DNA of 64,000 bases, from assembly GCA_965140415.1 (NCBI GenBank), contig OZ223209.1, forward strand, positions 293,974-357,973, in the 5' to 3' direction. How positions within the stretch are numbered: position 1 is the first letter of the stretch; every line of letters starts with the position of its first letter. The notes beneath the pieces are model-generated. The model was not told the DNA's origin. It ran no database searches and worked only from the letters and a program-made list of their open reading frames with translations. Below are positions 19,837-28,711 of this stretch, one piece after another. The position numbers and the translations under genes are program-made. The stretch is from Myxococcota bacterium. Its GTDB lineage: Bacteria > Myxococcota_A > SURF-8.

Positions 19837-20925
19837 ATGAGGCAAGGTATTGTATGGACATTGGCGCTGGTGCTTATAAGCGGGGTTTCGCTTGGGGCCT
19901 GCTCGGAGCATCAAAGCATCTCTTTGGAGAAACCGCTTCCGACTGCCGTGGTCTCGGTAACGGAAGTTGAACCGAGTGCCGACGCAGCGTTTTTCCATGC
20001 CGTCGGTCGGGTTAAAAACGTGCGTGAATCCACCATCTCCGCGAAAGTAATGGGAAAAGTGACCCAGATCCGCGTGAAGGCCGGTGACAAGGTCAAGGCC
20101 GGAGAGGTACTGGCGCGCATCGACGATCGCGACTCGCGAGGGCGGGTCGAGCAGGCGCGAGGCGCATTGGCTCAGGCAAAAGCCGCAAAGAAAATCGCCA
20201 GACAGATGCTCGACCGCATCGAAAAGTTGAAAGAACAGGATTCGACCAGCCAGGCGAAATACGACAAAGCCCAGTTCGACTATCAGTCCGCAGTCGGTGC
20301 GGTATCCCAGGCGCAGGGCGCCTTGCAAACGGCGGAAAGCTATTTGCGGGAAACCGTGATCAAAGCTCCGTTTTCCGGTGCAATTGTGGACACCATGATC
20401 GAAGTCGGCGAGATGGCTTCGCCCGGTTATCCCATTCTGCGCATGGAAGGCGCGCCGGATCTGGAATTCGAAGCCACCGTCAACGGCCAGGATATCGAGT
20501 CGCTCTCGGTGGGACAGAAAGTGGTGGTCGATCTGGATGTCGCCAGGGACGAAAAGAAGGAAATTGCAGGCGAAATCCGTGAAATCGTGCCGAGCCAGGA
20601 CCAGATCACGCACTCGTCACTGGTGCGCATCCACTTGAATACAAAAGAGAAATTGCGTAGCGGCATGTTCGGACGCGCCCAGTTCCAACGGAGCGTGGGT
20701 AGTTGCCTGGGCTTGTTGATTCCGGAAAACAGGGTGCTGCGTAATGGCCAGCTTTCGGCGGTGTTCGTACTGGATGACAATCACATTCGCCTGCGGCTGA
20801 TCAAGGAAGGCCGCAAACAGGCTGACCGGGTGGAAGTGCTCGCCGGATTGAAAGCGGGCGACCGACTGGTGGCAAGCGAACTAGATGATCTGATCGACGG
20901 TCAACCGGCGACAACGGTGCAGTAA
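19837..20925 (+). CDS. Efflux RND periplasmic adaptor subunit (HlyD/membrane fusion family)
   Basis: Lipobox (SLGAC), coiled-coil hairpin region and beta-barrel domain; placed between the outer membrane factor and the RND permease. Confidence 0.8.
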   Translation: MRQGIVWTLALVLISGVSLGACSEHQSISLEKPLPTAVVSVTEVEPSADAAFFHAVGRVKNVRESTISAKVMGKVTQIRVKAGDKVKAGEVLARIDDRDSRGRVEQARGALAQAKAAKKIARQMLDRIEKLKEQDSTSQAKYDKAQFDYQSAVGAVSQAQGALQTAESYLRETVIKAPFSGAIVDTMIEVGEMASPGYPILRMEGAPDLEFEATVNGQDIESLSVGQKVVVDLDVARDEKKEIAGEIREIVPSQDQITHSSLVRIHLNTKEKLRSGMFGRAQFQRSVGSCLGLLIPENRVLRNGQLSAVFVLDDNHIRLRLIKEGRKQADRVEVLAGLKAGDRLVASELDDLIDGQPATTVQ

Positions 20926-20927
20926 AC

Positions 20928-23900
20928 GTGGAAGGTGGAAAATCAATGGCGGATACCAACGAACAAAACGAGCGCAACCGCAGACGCTTCGAGCGCAAGG
21001 AAGTCGGAACTGCAGGAAAGATTGCGGCGGCGTTTCAGGATAGCAAGCTAACCCCGATTCTCATTTTCGCATCGCTCTTTCTGGGATTCTTTGCAACCCT
21101 GATTACTCCCAGAGAGGAAGAGCCCCAGATTGTCGTTCCGATGGTGGATATTTTCACCATGGCTCCGGGGCTGGCATCCGAAGAGATCGAACAACTGGTC
21201 AGTACACCGATGGAAAAACTGCTTTGGGAGATTCCCGGTGTAGACGATGTTTACTCTACCAGCCGTCCGAACATGTCCATGGTCATCGTACGCTTTCACG
21301 TCGGTGAAGACGAAGAGGACAGCCTGGTCAAGATCTACAACAAAATCCAGGGAAACATGGATCGCATTCCCATCGGCGTGCAGCAGCCGCTGATCAAACT
21401 GCGCGGTATCGACGATGTGCCCGTAATGGCCGTTACGTTGCACTCGCGAGAATACGACGGATACTTCCTGCGTCAGGTCGCAGGCGAGGTCGCCACGGAA
21501 TTGAAAAAGGCCGAGGATGTCAGCGAAGTTACGATCATCGGCGGGGAACCGCGACAGATCAAAGTCGAGCTGGACCCGGAGCGATTGTCGGGTTACATGC
21601 TGAGTCCCTTGCAGGTGTATCAGGCCATTCATCGCGACAACCAGAATCTGTCGGCAGGCGCATTCGATCGCGGCGGAGTGAACTTCCTTGTTGAGGTAGG
21701 CGACTTCTTCCGTAATGCCGAGGAAGTCGGCAATACGGTAGTAGCCGTGTACAACAACCGCCCGGTGTACCTGTCGGATGTCGCCGAGATCACGGATGGT
21801 CCGGCTGAAGTTTCCAACTACGTGCTGCACCTGGATGGCGCAGCCAAGGGCGAAAAGGCGGATCGCGTGACGAGCGGGGGTGGCTGGCCCATGCAGGAAG
21901 AGCAGGCGGTGACCATCAGTATCGCCAAACGCACGGGTGCAAATGCCACGTGGTTGACGAAACATTTGCAGAAACGCTTGAAGGATTTCGAAGGGTCGTT
22001 GATCGTAAGCGGGATCGATTATGAAATCACACGTGATTACGGTAAAACGGCGGAGGAAAAAAGCAATGAGTTGATCTTCCACATGGCGCTGGCGACTGTT
22101 TCGGTGGTGATTCTGATGTGGATTTTCCTGGGATTCAAGGAGGCGCTGGTCGTACTTGTAGCCGTGCCGGTCACTTTGGCGTTAACCCTGTTCATCAGTT
22201 ACTTCTTCGGCTATACATTGAACCGGGTCACGCTGTTCGCCTTGATTTTCGCCATCGGGATTCTGGTAGACGATGCCATTGTGGTAGTGGAGAACATCCA
22301 TCGCCACTTCCGAATGGGCTGGGGCGATTTGAAGACAATTACCCCCTTCGCCACCGATGAAGTCGGCAATCCCACTATCCTGGCCACCTTCACCGTCATC
22401 TTTGCGTTAATGCCCATGGCCTTCGTCTCCGGCATGATGGGTCCCTACATGAGCCCGATTCCGATCAACGCCAGCGCGGCCATGATTTTCAGTTTGCTGG
22501 TGGCTTTTATCGTAACCCCCTGGATGACCAAACGCCTGCTGGCGATCAGCGAGCGCAGAGCCAACCGAAAACATGCCAAGCCTTCTCACCCGGGTGAACC
22601 CGGCGACGAGCACGATTCTCCGGTGCTAGTGGGTCGCGTATATCGCGCCATCGTAAGCCCCATGGTGGATCATGCCGGTATTCGCGCGGTTGCACTGGTT
22701 ACCGTGGTTGCACTGCTGCTCGGCTCCATGGCGCTTGTGTATGTTCGCGCAGTGAAAGTGAAAATGCTGCCGCATGACAACAAGTCCGAATTCCAGGTCA
22801 TCATCGACACCGATGAAGGTACGACGCTGGAAGAAACGGCTGCCGTCACCCGCGAAATCGCACAGTATATCGCCAAAGATCCGGTGGTCAGCGACGCACA
22901 GATCTACGTGGGCACCGCTTCGCCGATGAATTTCAACGGCCTGGTGCGTCATTACTTCCTGCGGGAAGGCGCAAACGTAGCGGATATCCAGGTCAACCTG
23001 GTAGACAAGCACGCCCGCAGCGAAAAGAGTCATGATATCGCCAAACGGCTACGCCCCGGAATCACGCGCATCGGCAACCGCTATGGAGCCGCCACCTTAG
23101 TGGCCGAAGTGCCTCCGGGTCCGCCGGTGCTCTCCACCATGGTCGCTGAAATCTACGGTCCGAATCTGGAAGGGCAACGGGAACTGGCGGGAGAAGTGAA
23201 AACCCTGTTCGAAAAAAGCGATGCCATCGTGGATGTGGACTGGTACATCGAAGCTCCACAACCCGAATTCACCTTGACGGTGGATAAGGCCAAGGCGGCG
23301 CTTTCCAATGTGACCACCGAGCAGATCACCAATACCGTCGGACTGGCGCTATACGGCAAAGCGGCGGGTCTGCTTTATACGCAGCGCGACCGGGAGCCGG
23401 TGCCGATTCACGTGCAGGTAAACCGCGACCAGCGCAGCAGTATCGACGATCTGTCCGAAATCAAGGTGCATGGGCGCGACGGTCGCCTGGTGGCCGTGAA
23501 GGAGTTGGCAAGTCAGGATCTGCATCAGCAGTCACCTTTCATCTACCACAAAAACCTGCGGCGCGTGGTGTATGTGACCGGCGAAGTAGCCGGAGAAGAG
23601 GAAAGCCCGGTTTATGCCATTTTGGACAACATGCCGAAAATCGATGCGCTTACAGGCCCGGACGGGCACCCGATCACCCAGGAAATGAGTGAACTGCCGG
23701 ACAACGAGGCACGCTATTCGCTGAAATGGGACGGTGAATGGCAGATCACTTACGAAGTCTTCCGCGATATGGGCATCGCTTTTGCCGTGGTACTGATTCT
23801 GATGTACGCCCTGGTCGTGGCCTGGTTCAAAAGCTTCATTACTCCGATCATCATCATGATTCCGATTCCGCTGACCTTGATCGGCATTCTGCCCGGTCAT

Positions 23901-24251
23901 TGGCTGACAGGCACCTACTTCACCGCTACAAGCATGATCGGCTTCATCGCCTTAGCTGGAATTATCGTTCGAAACTCGATTCTTATGGTCGACTTCATCG
24001 AACAGGAACTGGAGGCGGGATCGAAATTGAAAGATGCCGTTTTAGAAGCCGGTTCGATCCGTTTCCGCCCGATCTTTTTAACTGCCGCTGCATTGGTGGT
24101 GGGAGGTGCGGTCATCCTGCTCGATCCGATCTTCAGTGGTCTGGCAGTAAGTCTGATCTTCGGTGTCGTCATTGCAACGGCACTCACGTTGGTCGTCATT
24201 CCGATCCTTTATTACATGGTTCATCAATACATGAACAAAAAGGCCGTATAA
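20928..24251 (+). CDS. Efflux RND permease subunit (AcrB/CzcA superfamily)
   Basis: ~1100 aa with 12 TM segments and two large periplasmic loops. Heavy-metal versus multidrug subtype not resolved. Confidence 0.9.
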   Translation: MEGGKSMADTNEQNERNRRRFERKEVGTAGKIAAAFQDSKLTPILIFASLFLGFFATLITPREEEPQIVVPMVDIFTMAPGLASEEIEQLVSTPMEKLLWEIPGVDDVYSTSRPNMSMVIVRFHVGEDEEDSLVKIYNKIQGNMDRIPIGVQQPLIKLRGIDDVPVMAVTLHSREYDGYFLRQVAGEVATELKKAEDVSEVTIIGGEPRQIKVELDPERLSGYMLSPLQVYQAIHRDNQNLSAGAFDRGGVNFLVEVGDFFRNAEEVGNTVVAVYNNRPVYLSDVAEITDGPAEVSNYVLHLDGAAKGEKADRVTSGGGWPMQEEQAVTISIAKRTGANATWLTKHLQKRLKDFEGSLIVSGIDYEITRDYGKTAEEKSNELIFHMALATVSVVILMWIFLGFKEALVVLVAVPVTLALTLFISYFFGYTLNRVTLFALIFAIGILVDDAIVVVENIHRHFRMGWGDLKTITPFATDEVGNPTILATFTVIFALMPMAFVSGMMGPYMSPIPINASAAMIFSLLVAFIVTPWMTKRLLAISERRANRKHAKPSHPGEPGDEHDSPVLVGRVYRAIVSPMVDHAGIRAVALVTVVALLLGSMALVYVRAVKVKMLPHDNKSEFQVIIDTDEGTTLEETAAVTREIAQYIAKDPVVSDAQIYVGTASPMNFNGLVRHYFLREGANVADIQVNLVDKHARSEKSHDIAKRLRPGITRIGNRYGAATLVAEVPPGPPVLSTMVAEIYGPNLEGQRELAGEVKTLFEKSDAIVDVDWYIEAPQPEFTLTVDKAKAALSNVTTEQITNTVGLALYGKAAGLLYTQRDREPVPIHVQVNRDQRSSIDDLSEIKVHGRDGRLVAVKELASQDLHQQSPFIYHKNLRRVVYVTGEVAGEEESPVYAILDNMPKIDALTGPDGHPITQEMSELPDNEARYSLKWDGEWQITYEVFRDMGIAFAVVLILMYALVVAWFKSFITPIIIMIPIPLTLIGILPGHWLTGTYFTATSMIGFIALAGIIVRNSILMVDFIEQELEAGSKLKDAVLEAGSIRFRPIFLTAAALVVGGAVILLDPIFSGLAVSLIFGVVIATALTLVVIPILYYMVHQYMNKKAV

Positions 24252-24280
24252 GCGATGCAACCGACAAGAGAGGGTAAGTC

Positions 24281-24595
24281 ATGAACATGAATATGAAAAT
24301 GCTGATCATCATTGTGGATGTTCGCTTCCGAGACGACGTGGAGACGATCCTGGAGAAACATGAAGTGAACGGTTTCAGCGAAATTCCCATGGTGCTGGGC
24401 GAAGGTTTGAGTGGCAAGCGCTTGAATTCCCGCCTGCATCCGGATACGAACTCGATCATCTTCAGCATCGTCGAAGAATCCAAAGTGTCCTCGATCAGGC
24501 AGGATCTTCAATCTCAATGCACGGAAAACCGGGAAGACGGCGTTTGCGCCAGCCGGGTGCATCTGGCGGTGGTGAATGTCGAAGAGTTCGTTTAA
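24281..24595 (+). CDS. Small P-II-like (DUF3240-like) protein at the 3' end of the efflux operon
   Basis: ~100 aa; MLIIIVDVRFRDDVETILEKHEVNGFSEIP suggests a ferredoxin-like P-II fold. Start ambiguous among the ATGs of MNMNMKM. Confidence 0.3.
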   Translation: MNMNMKMLIIIVDVRFRDDVETILEKHEVNGFSEIPMVLGEGLSGKRLNSRLHPDTNSIIFSIVEESKVSSIRQDLQSQCTENREDGVCASRVHLAVVNVEEFV

Positions 24596-24729
24596 ATCCA
24601 CTATTGGTTGATTGTATAGGCAAACGGGTGCCCGGGTCTTCGATTCGGCACGAATCGATGGCCCGGTATCCTCTACCTTGCAAAAGAAAGGCCGAGCCAC
24701 CCTTGGCTGTGACTCAAGCACAGGAGGCA

Positions 24730-24936
24730 ATGATGATTGTCAGCGATTATATCGCCTTGATAGCGGGAACATTCATTTTGATCAGTGTAGCGCTGGGTAT
24801 CTGGGTTACACCCTGGGCTTTCGCCTTTACTGCCTTTGTCGGGGTGAACCTGGCTCAGTCGGCGTTCAGCAAAACCTGCCCGATGATTGCACTACTACGA
24901 AAACTGGGAGTTCCCAGCGAGAGAAGCGAGACTTAG
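24730..24936 (+). CDS. DUF2892 (YgaP-like) small membrane protein
   Basis: ATG at 24730 with AGGAGG SD; 68 aa with two TM segments and ...FVGVNLAQSAFSKTCPMIALLRKLGV, matching the DUF2892 pattern as I recall it. Confidence 0.55.
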   Translation: MMIVSDYIALIAGTFILISVALGIWVTPWAFAFTAFVGVNLAQSAFSKTCPMIALLRKLGVPSERSET

Positions 24937-24949
24937 ACCAGGTATTATT

Positions 24950-25079
24950 CACTGGTTCTATGAATTTGTGCCATAGTCTTACACGATCCGAGATCGTGGA
25001 AGGCTGTGTGTTTTCTTATAGTTACACACGGCTTCCCGGAATCTCCATTCCGTTAGAACAGGCCACATCCCGATTACTC
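24950..25079 (+). repeat. 130-nt structured dispersed element, copy 1 (candidate ncRNA)
   Basis: About 87% identical to 41361-41490 in the same orientation; three predicted hairpins. Begins 13 nt after the DUF2892 stop. Confidence 0.6.
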
Positions 25080-25101
25080 CCTATAATGAATGATATCTGC
25101 T

Positions 25102-26664
25102 CTAGTTCTTGTTTGAAGCTTCCCGATCGAGCAGAAAACGGATTCCATGGGTCAGACGTCCCAGGTTGATGGGTTTATGAACCCATTGGGCGTGGGCAAA
25201 TCTCTTTGCTTTCAGGCTTTTTTCCATCTTGGGATCACCTACCACAAATACAAACGCTTGATCGGCTTTGATTTTTCGGATGTCTTCGGCGATGCTGGCC
25301 GGATCGAGCATGCTGTGCAGATCCGTATCGAAAATCACCAGATGGATTTCATCCTGCAATTGCTCGAACAAGGTGATGCCGTCTGCCGTGGTATTGGCGG
25401 GAATCACGCGGTATCCAAGGCGCGTCAAACTGCTTTGCAGCAAACTGCGTACCACTTCTTCCTCGCTGATCACCAGTACGCTTTCTTCGCCCCGCAACGG
25501 TTTCTCGCGTTCTTCCTCGTGTTTTTCCATCGCGGGGGTATGTCGAGGCAGCATGATACTGACCGTGGTGCCTCCATCGGAACCCATATCCACGAAAACC
25601 CGTCCGCCGTGACTGCGAGCAATGACATCCACCATGGAGAAGCCGAGACTGAAGGGATCTTTGTTCGGGTTATTACTGAATTCGTAATCGAGCAATGACT
25701 TCAAACTCTCTTCATCGATTGCTCGCCCCGTATCGGAGAGACAAATCAATACATGCTTACCGGCGGCCAGACCGCGCTGCGACCATTCATCGCCTTCGCG
25801 TACCACTTCCGCACGGGTCGATAATGTCACTTTGCCTTCGGTCATGGTGTCATTGACGTTGATGCACAGATTCAGCATCATCTGCTGAATTTGCGCCGGA
25901 TCTCCCTTGATTTGCAGGCTGTGCGAACTGATGCGCTGCAATAAGCGGATCGAGGTCTTCATCGTGACGAGCATGATCTTGTAGACGTATCGCACCACGG
26001 AATTGATATCGAAGATTTCGGTGACTTTCGTGCGCTGACGCGAAAACTGCAACAGTTGTTGAGTCAGATCCGCTGCACGAACGCAACTGTCCTCGATAAT
26101 CTGCGAATATCCCGCTAAGGTTTCATCATCTTCACAAAGAGCGTGAATCAAGTTGGCGTATCCCAGGATGCCGGAAAGCAGATTGTTGAAATCATGCGCG
26201 ATGCCACCGGCCAGACTGGCAACAGCTTCCATGCGTTTGGCATACACCAGATCCTGTACCAGGGAATTGCCGTCTTGGGATTGATTTAAACCGATCACCC
26301 GCCTTACCAGAGCGGGGAGGATCAAGGTCCAGTTGTTATCCAGAACCAGGTAGCTGACCGCGCCATGGTCCAAAGCCAGGGGAACTCGGCTGATATTGCC
26401 GGGTTCGACCAACACCAATACGGGAACATCCGCCAATTGTTCCGACCATTCCAGGGCTTGCCGATCGATTGGATTTGTGGAATTTTCCAACACGACCAGA
26501 GCCAGATCGGCGGGAGAAACCGAGACTTCGTCGGTGATTGCTTCCAGTGAAGATACGGGGATCAGCGATAGGGATTCCTGGACATTACCCAGAACCAATT
26601 CGCAGGTCGATACGAATTCCTTATCCGCTCCAACAACCAGAATACGCCACTCAACCTGTTTCAT
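25102..26664 (-). CDS. Hybrid sensor histidine kinase with C-terminal receiver and degenerate N-terminal receiver-like domain
   Basis: HisKA (GGIAHDFNNLLSGILGY) and HATPase core; C-terminal receiver with the conserved Asp (VIFDTDL); N-terminal receiver-like fold has Glu at the phospho-acceptor position (LVVLEN). Confidence 0.8.
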   Translation of the reverse strand: MKQVEWRILVVGADKEFVSTCELVLGNVQESLSLIPVSSLEAITDEVSVSPADLALVVLENSTNPIDRQALEWSEQLADVPVLVLVEPGNISRVPLALDHGAVSYLVLDNNWTLILPALVRRVIGLNQSQDGNSLVQDLVYAKRMEAVASLAGGIAHDFNNLLSGILGYANLIHALCEDDETLAGYSQIIEDSCVRAADLTQQLLQFSRQRTKVTEIFDINSVVRYVYKIMLVTMKTSIRLLQRISSHSLQIKGDPAQIQQMMLNLCINVNDTMTEGKVTLSTRAEVVREGDEWSQRGLAAGKHVLICLSDTGRAIDEESLKSLLDYEFSNNPNKDPFSLGFSMVDVIARSHGGRVFVDMGSDGGTTVSIMLPRHTPAMEKHEEEREKPLRGEESVLVISEEEVVRSLLQSSLTRLGYRVIPANTTADGITLFEQLQDEIHLVIFDTDLHSMLDPASIAEDIRKIKADQAFVFVVGDPKMEKSLKAKRFAHAQWVHKPINLGRLTHGIRFLLDREASNKN

Positions 26665-26981
26665 GGTTTTGTACCCATACAGAAATTTACCATAATTATA
26701 TCAGATTATAATACTGTTTGCAACAAAAACTGGCATGAAGTAAATTTTGGGTGAATGCATTTTATTGAGTGATTTTTGGGGATTTACTTTTTCTCACCCG
26801 ATTTCCCGTCATCCCGCTGACGCTCGTAGCGCTACGTAGAAAGATCGCACCGGCCAGCCTTCCCGGTCGAGACCGCTAACTCACCCATTTAACTATATAA
26901 GCCCGGACTTACATTGCAGAGCGGAACCGGCTGCATTGGTACGATTTACAAAATTTTGACACCCTATAAAGCAATTCAACA

Positions 26982-27010
26982 TTGCCAGATAGCTCGATTG
27001 CTGGTATGAT
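26982..27010 (+). promoter_or_regulatory. Candidate sigma-70 promoter (TTGCCA-N17-TATGAT)
   Basis: -35 TTGCCA at 26982-26987, 17-nt spacer, -10 TATGAT at 27005-27010; 40 nt upstream of the regulator ATG at 27051. Confidence 0.3.
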
Positions 27011-27050
27011 ACGCATTCTGGGGTGTTTAATTGCAGCGGCTAAATCCACA

Positions 27051-28445
27051 ATGAGTCGAAAATATAAAATTCTGGTTGTTGATGACGAACCAACCGTCCG
27101 AACGGCTATCGCCAGTTATCTGCGTACCTTCAATTTCGAAGTTGAAGAAGCGGAAGATGGTGAATTTGCTAAAGATCTTTTAGGCAAAGCCCACTTCGAC
27201 CTGATCGTGACCGATGTCACCATGCCACGTTTCGACGGTCTCCAATTGACTGCGTATGCCAAGGAGCACAATCCACAGGCGGAAGTCATCGTCATTACCG
27301 GCTACGGCACAATTGAAATGGCGGTCGAGGTCATGAAGCGCGGAGCCTTCATGTTCCTGCAAAAGCCCATCAAGCTGCCGGATTTAAAAGATCAGGTGGA
27401 AAAAGCACTGGGTCTGATGCTCGACAGCAACTTCACGGCCAGTTCCATTCGCAATAACGTGGCCAAAGAGGGGGTCATCGGTCGACTGGTTAAAAGCGAC
27501 GATGCCAAAATGACCGAACTGTTCAGCATCGCCAAGGTGATTGCTCCCACCGATTCGACGGTATTGATTACCGGTGAAAGCGGTACCGGAAAAGAGCTGT
27601 TGGCGCAATACATTCATTTCAACAGCGGTCGTGCCGAAGGCCCCATGATTCCGATCAATTGCGGAGCCATTCCGGAAAGCCTGATGGAAAGCGAATTCTT
27701 CGGGCATGTCAAAGGAGCCTTCACTGGCGCAGTCAACGCCCGCAAAGGTCGCCTGAGGCTGGCCGATAACGGCACGCTCTTTCTGGATGAGGTCGGCGAA
27801 TTACCGCTGCACATGCAGGTCAAGCTGCTGCGCGTATTACAGGAAAAAAGCTTCGAACCGGTCGGCTCCAGCAAATCCGAAAATTCCGATTTTCGCGTGA
27901 TCGCGGCCACCAATAAAGACCTGGAAAAAGCGGTACAGGAAGAACAGTTCCGCGAGGATCTCTATTACCGTCTCAACGTCATCCCGCTGCATCTGCCGCC
28001 GCTACGGGCGCGACGCGGGGACATCATGAAGCTGGCCAACTATTTCGTCGATCGGTTCAACAGGGAAAAGAACTGTCGGATCAGCGGTTTCAGTGACGAT
28101 GCCGGAAACGTGCTAAGCGCTTATTCCTGGCCGGGAAACATTCGCGAACTGGAAAACATCGTAGAGCGCATGGTGATCATTCATCAGCGCGGTTTGATCG
28201 AAGTGGAAGACTTGCCCCAGAAAATCCGCAGTGGGTCATCCGTGAAAGCCCCCACCAAAATGGAAGACGAGGAAATCCCGGATAACGGCATCAACTTCGC
28301 CGATGAAGTGGATCGGCTGGAACGCAAGTTGATCGGGTTGGCCTTGCAACGCACGGGCGGCAACCGCAACCAGGCGGCAAAGATTCTGAACTTGAATCGT
28401 ACAACACTCGTCGAAAAAATCAAAAAGAAGAAAATAGAGATTTAG
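27051..28445 (+). CDS. Sigma-54-dependent response regulator (NtrC family)
   Basis: Receiver (KILVVDDEP...LIVTDVTMP), AAA+ sigma-54 activator core (VLITGESGTGKELLA, GAFTGA, ESEFFGH) and C-terminal HTH (QAAKILNLNRTTLVEKIKK). Start moved to ATG 27051. Confidence 0.85.
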   Translation: MSRKYKILVVDDEPTVRTAIASYLRTFNFEVEEAEDGEFAKDLLGKAHFDLIVTDVTMPRFDGLQLTAYAKEHNPQAEVIVITGYGTIEMAVEVMKRGAFMFLQKPIKLPDLKDQVEKALGLMLDSNFTASSIRNNVAKEGVIGRLVKSDDAKMTELFSIAKVIAPTDSTVLITGESGTGKELLAQYIHFNSGRAEGPMIPINCGAIPESLMESEFFGHVKGAFTGAVNARKGRLRLADNGTLFLDEVGELPLHMQVKLLRVLQEKSFEPVGSSKSENSDFRVIAATNKDLEKAVQEEQFREDLYYRLNVIPLHLPPLRARRGDIMKLANYFVDRFNREKNCRISGFSDDAGNVLSAYSWPGNIRELENIVERMVIIHQRGLIEVEDLPQKIRSGSSVKAPTKMEDEEIPDNGINFADEVDRLERKLIGLALQRTGGNRNQAAKILNLNRTTLVEKIKKKKIEI

Positions 28446-28509
28446 AGCAGATACTGTCCACTTCTGCTCATCGAGTAATCGAGATGTCTCATGGCCTCAC
28501 GGTGTGTGG

Positions 28510-28586
28510 CATGGGCCAAGCGGAGAAAAACGAAGCTTGCCCATGTGGCTCTCGAACACAGGCAAACCTGCGGTTTAGCCCGCGCC
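28510..28586 (+). repeat. REP-like ~80-bp hairpin repeat, copy B
   Basis: Aligns with copies A, C and D; the listed ORF 28491-28706 is just a translation of this repeat. Confidence 0.6.
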
Positions 28587-28642
28587 CCCCTGAAATCAAC
28601 TATAGGAGTTATTATCCATTATTCGCGATGTCTTACTGTAGC

Positions 28643-28667
28643 GGCGAGGCGTAAGCCCGCCGTTTTC
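28643..28667 (+). terminator. GTAA-tetraloop hairpin with T-tract (terminator-like), related copy at 33955-33977
   Basis: GGCG-a-GGC [GTAA] GCC-CGCC then GTTTTC; shares the string GTAGC.GCG.AGCGTAAGCCCGCC with the second copy. Confidence 0.4.
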
Positions 28668-28711
28668 AATATGCTTTTCAGCGCCACTACAGGAAAAACC
28701 TTGTAATCGCT

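Noticed and set aside
21048-22082. 344-aa minus-strand ORF inside the RND permease gene
   Set aside because: Antisense to a well-supported RND transporter; no recognisable domain.
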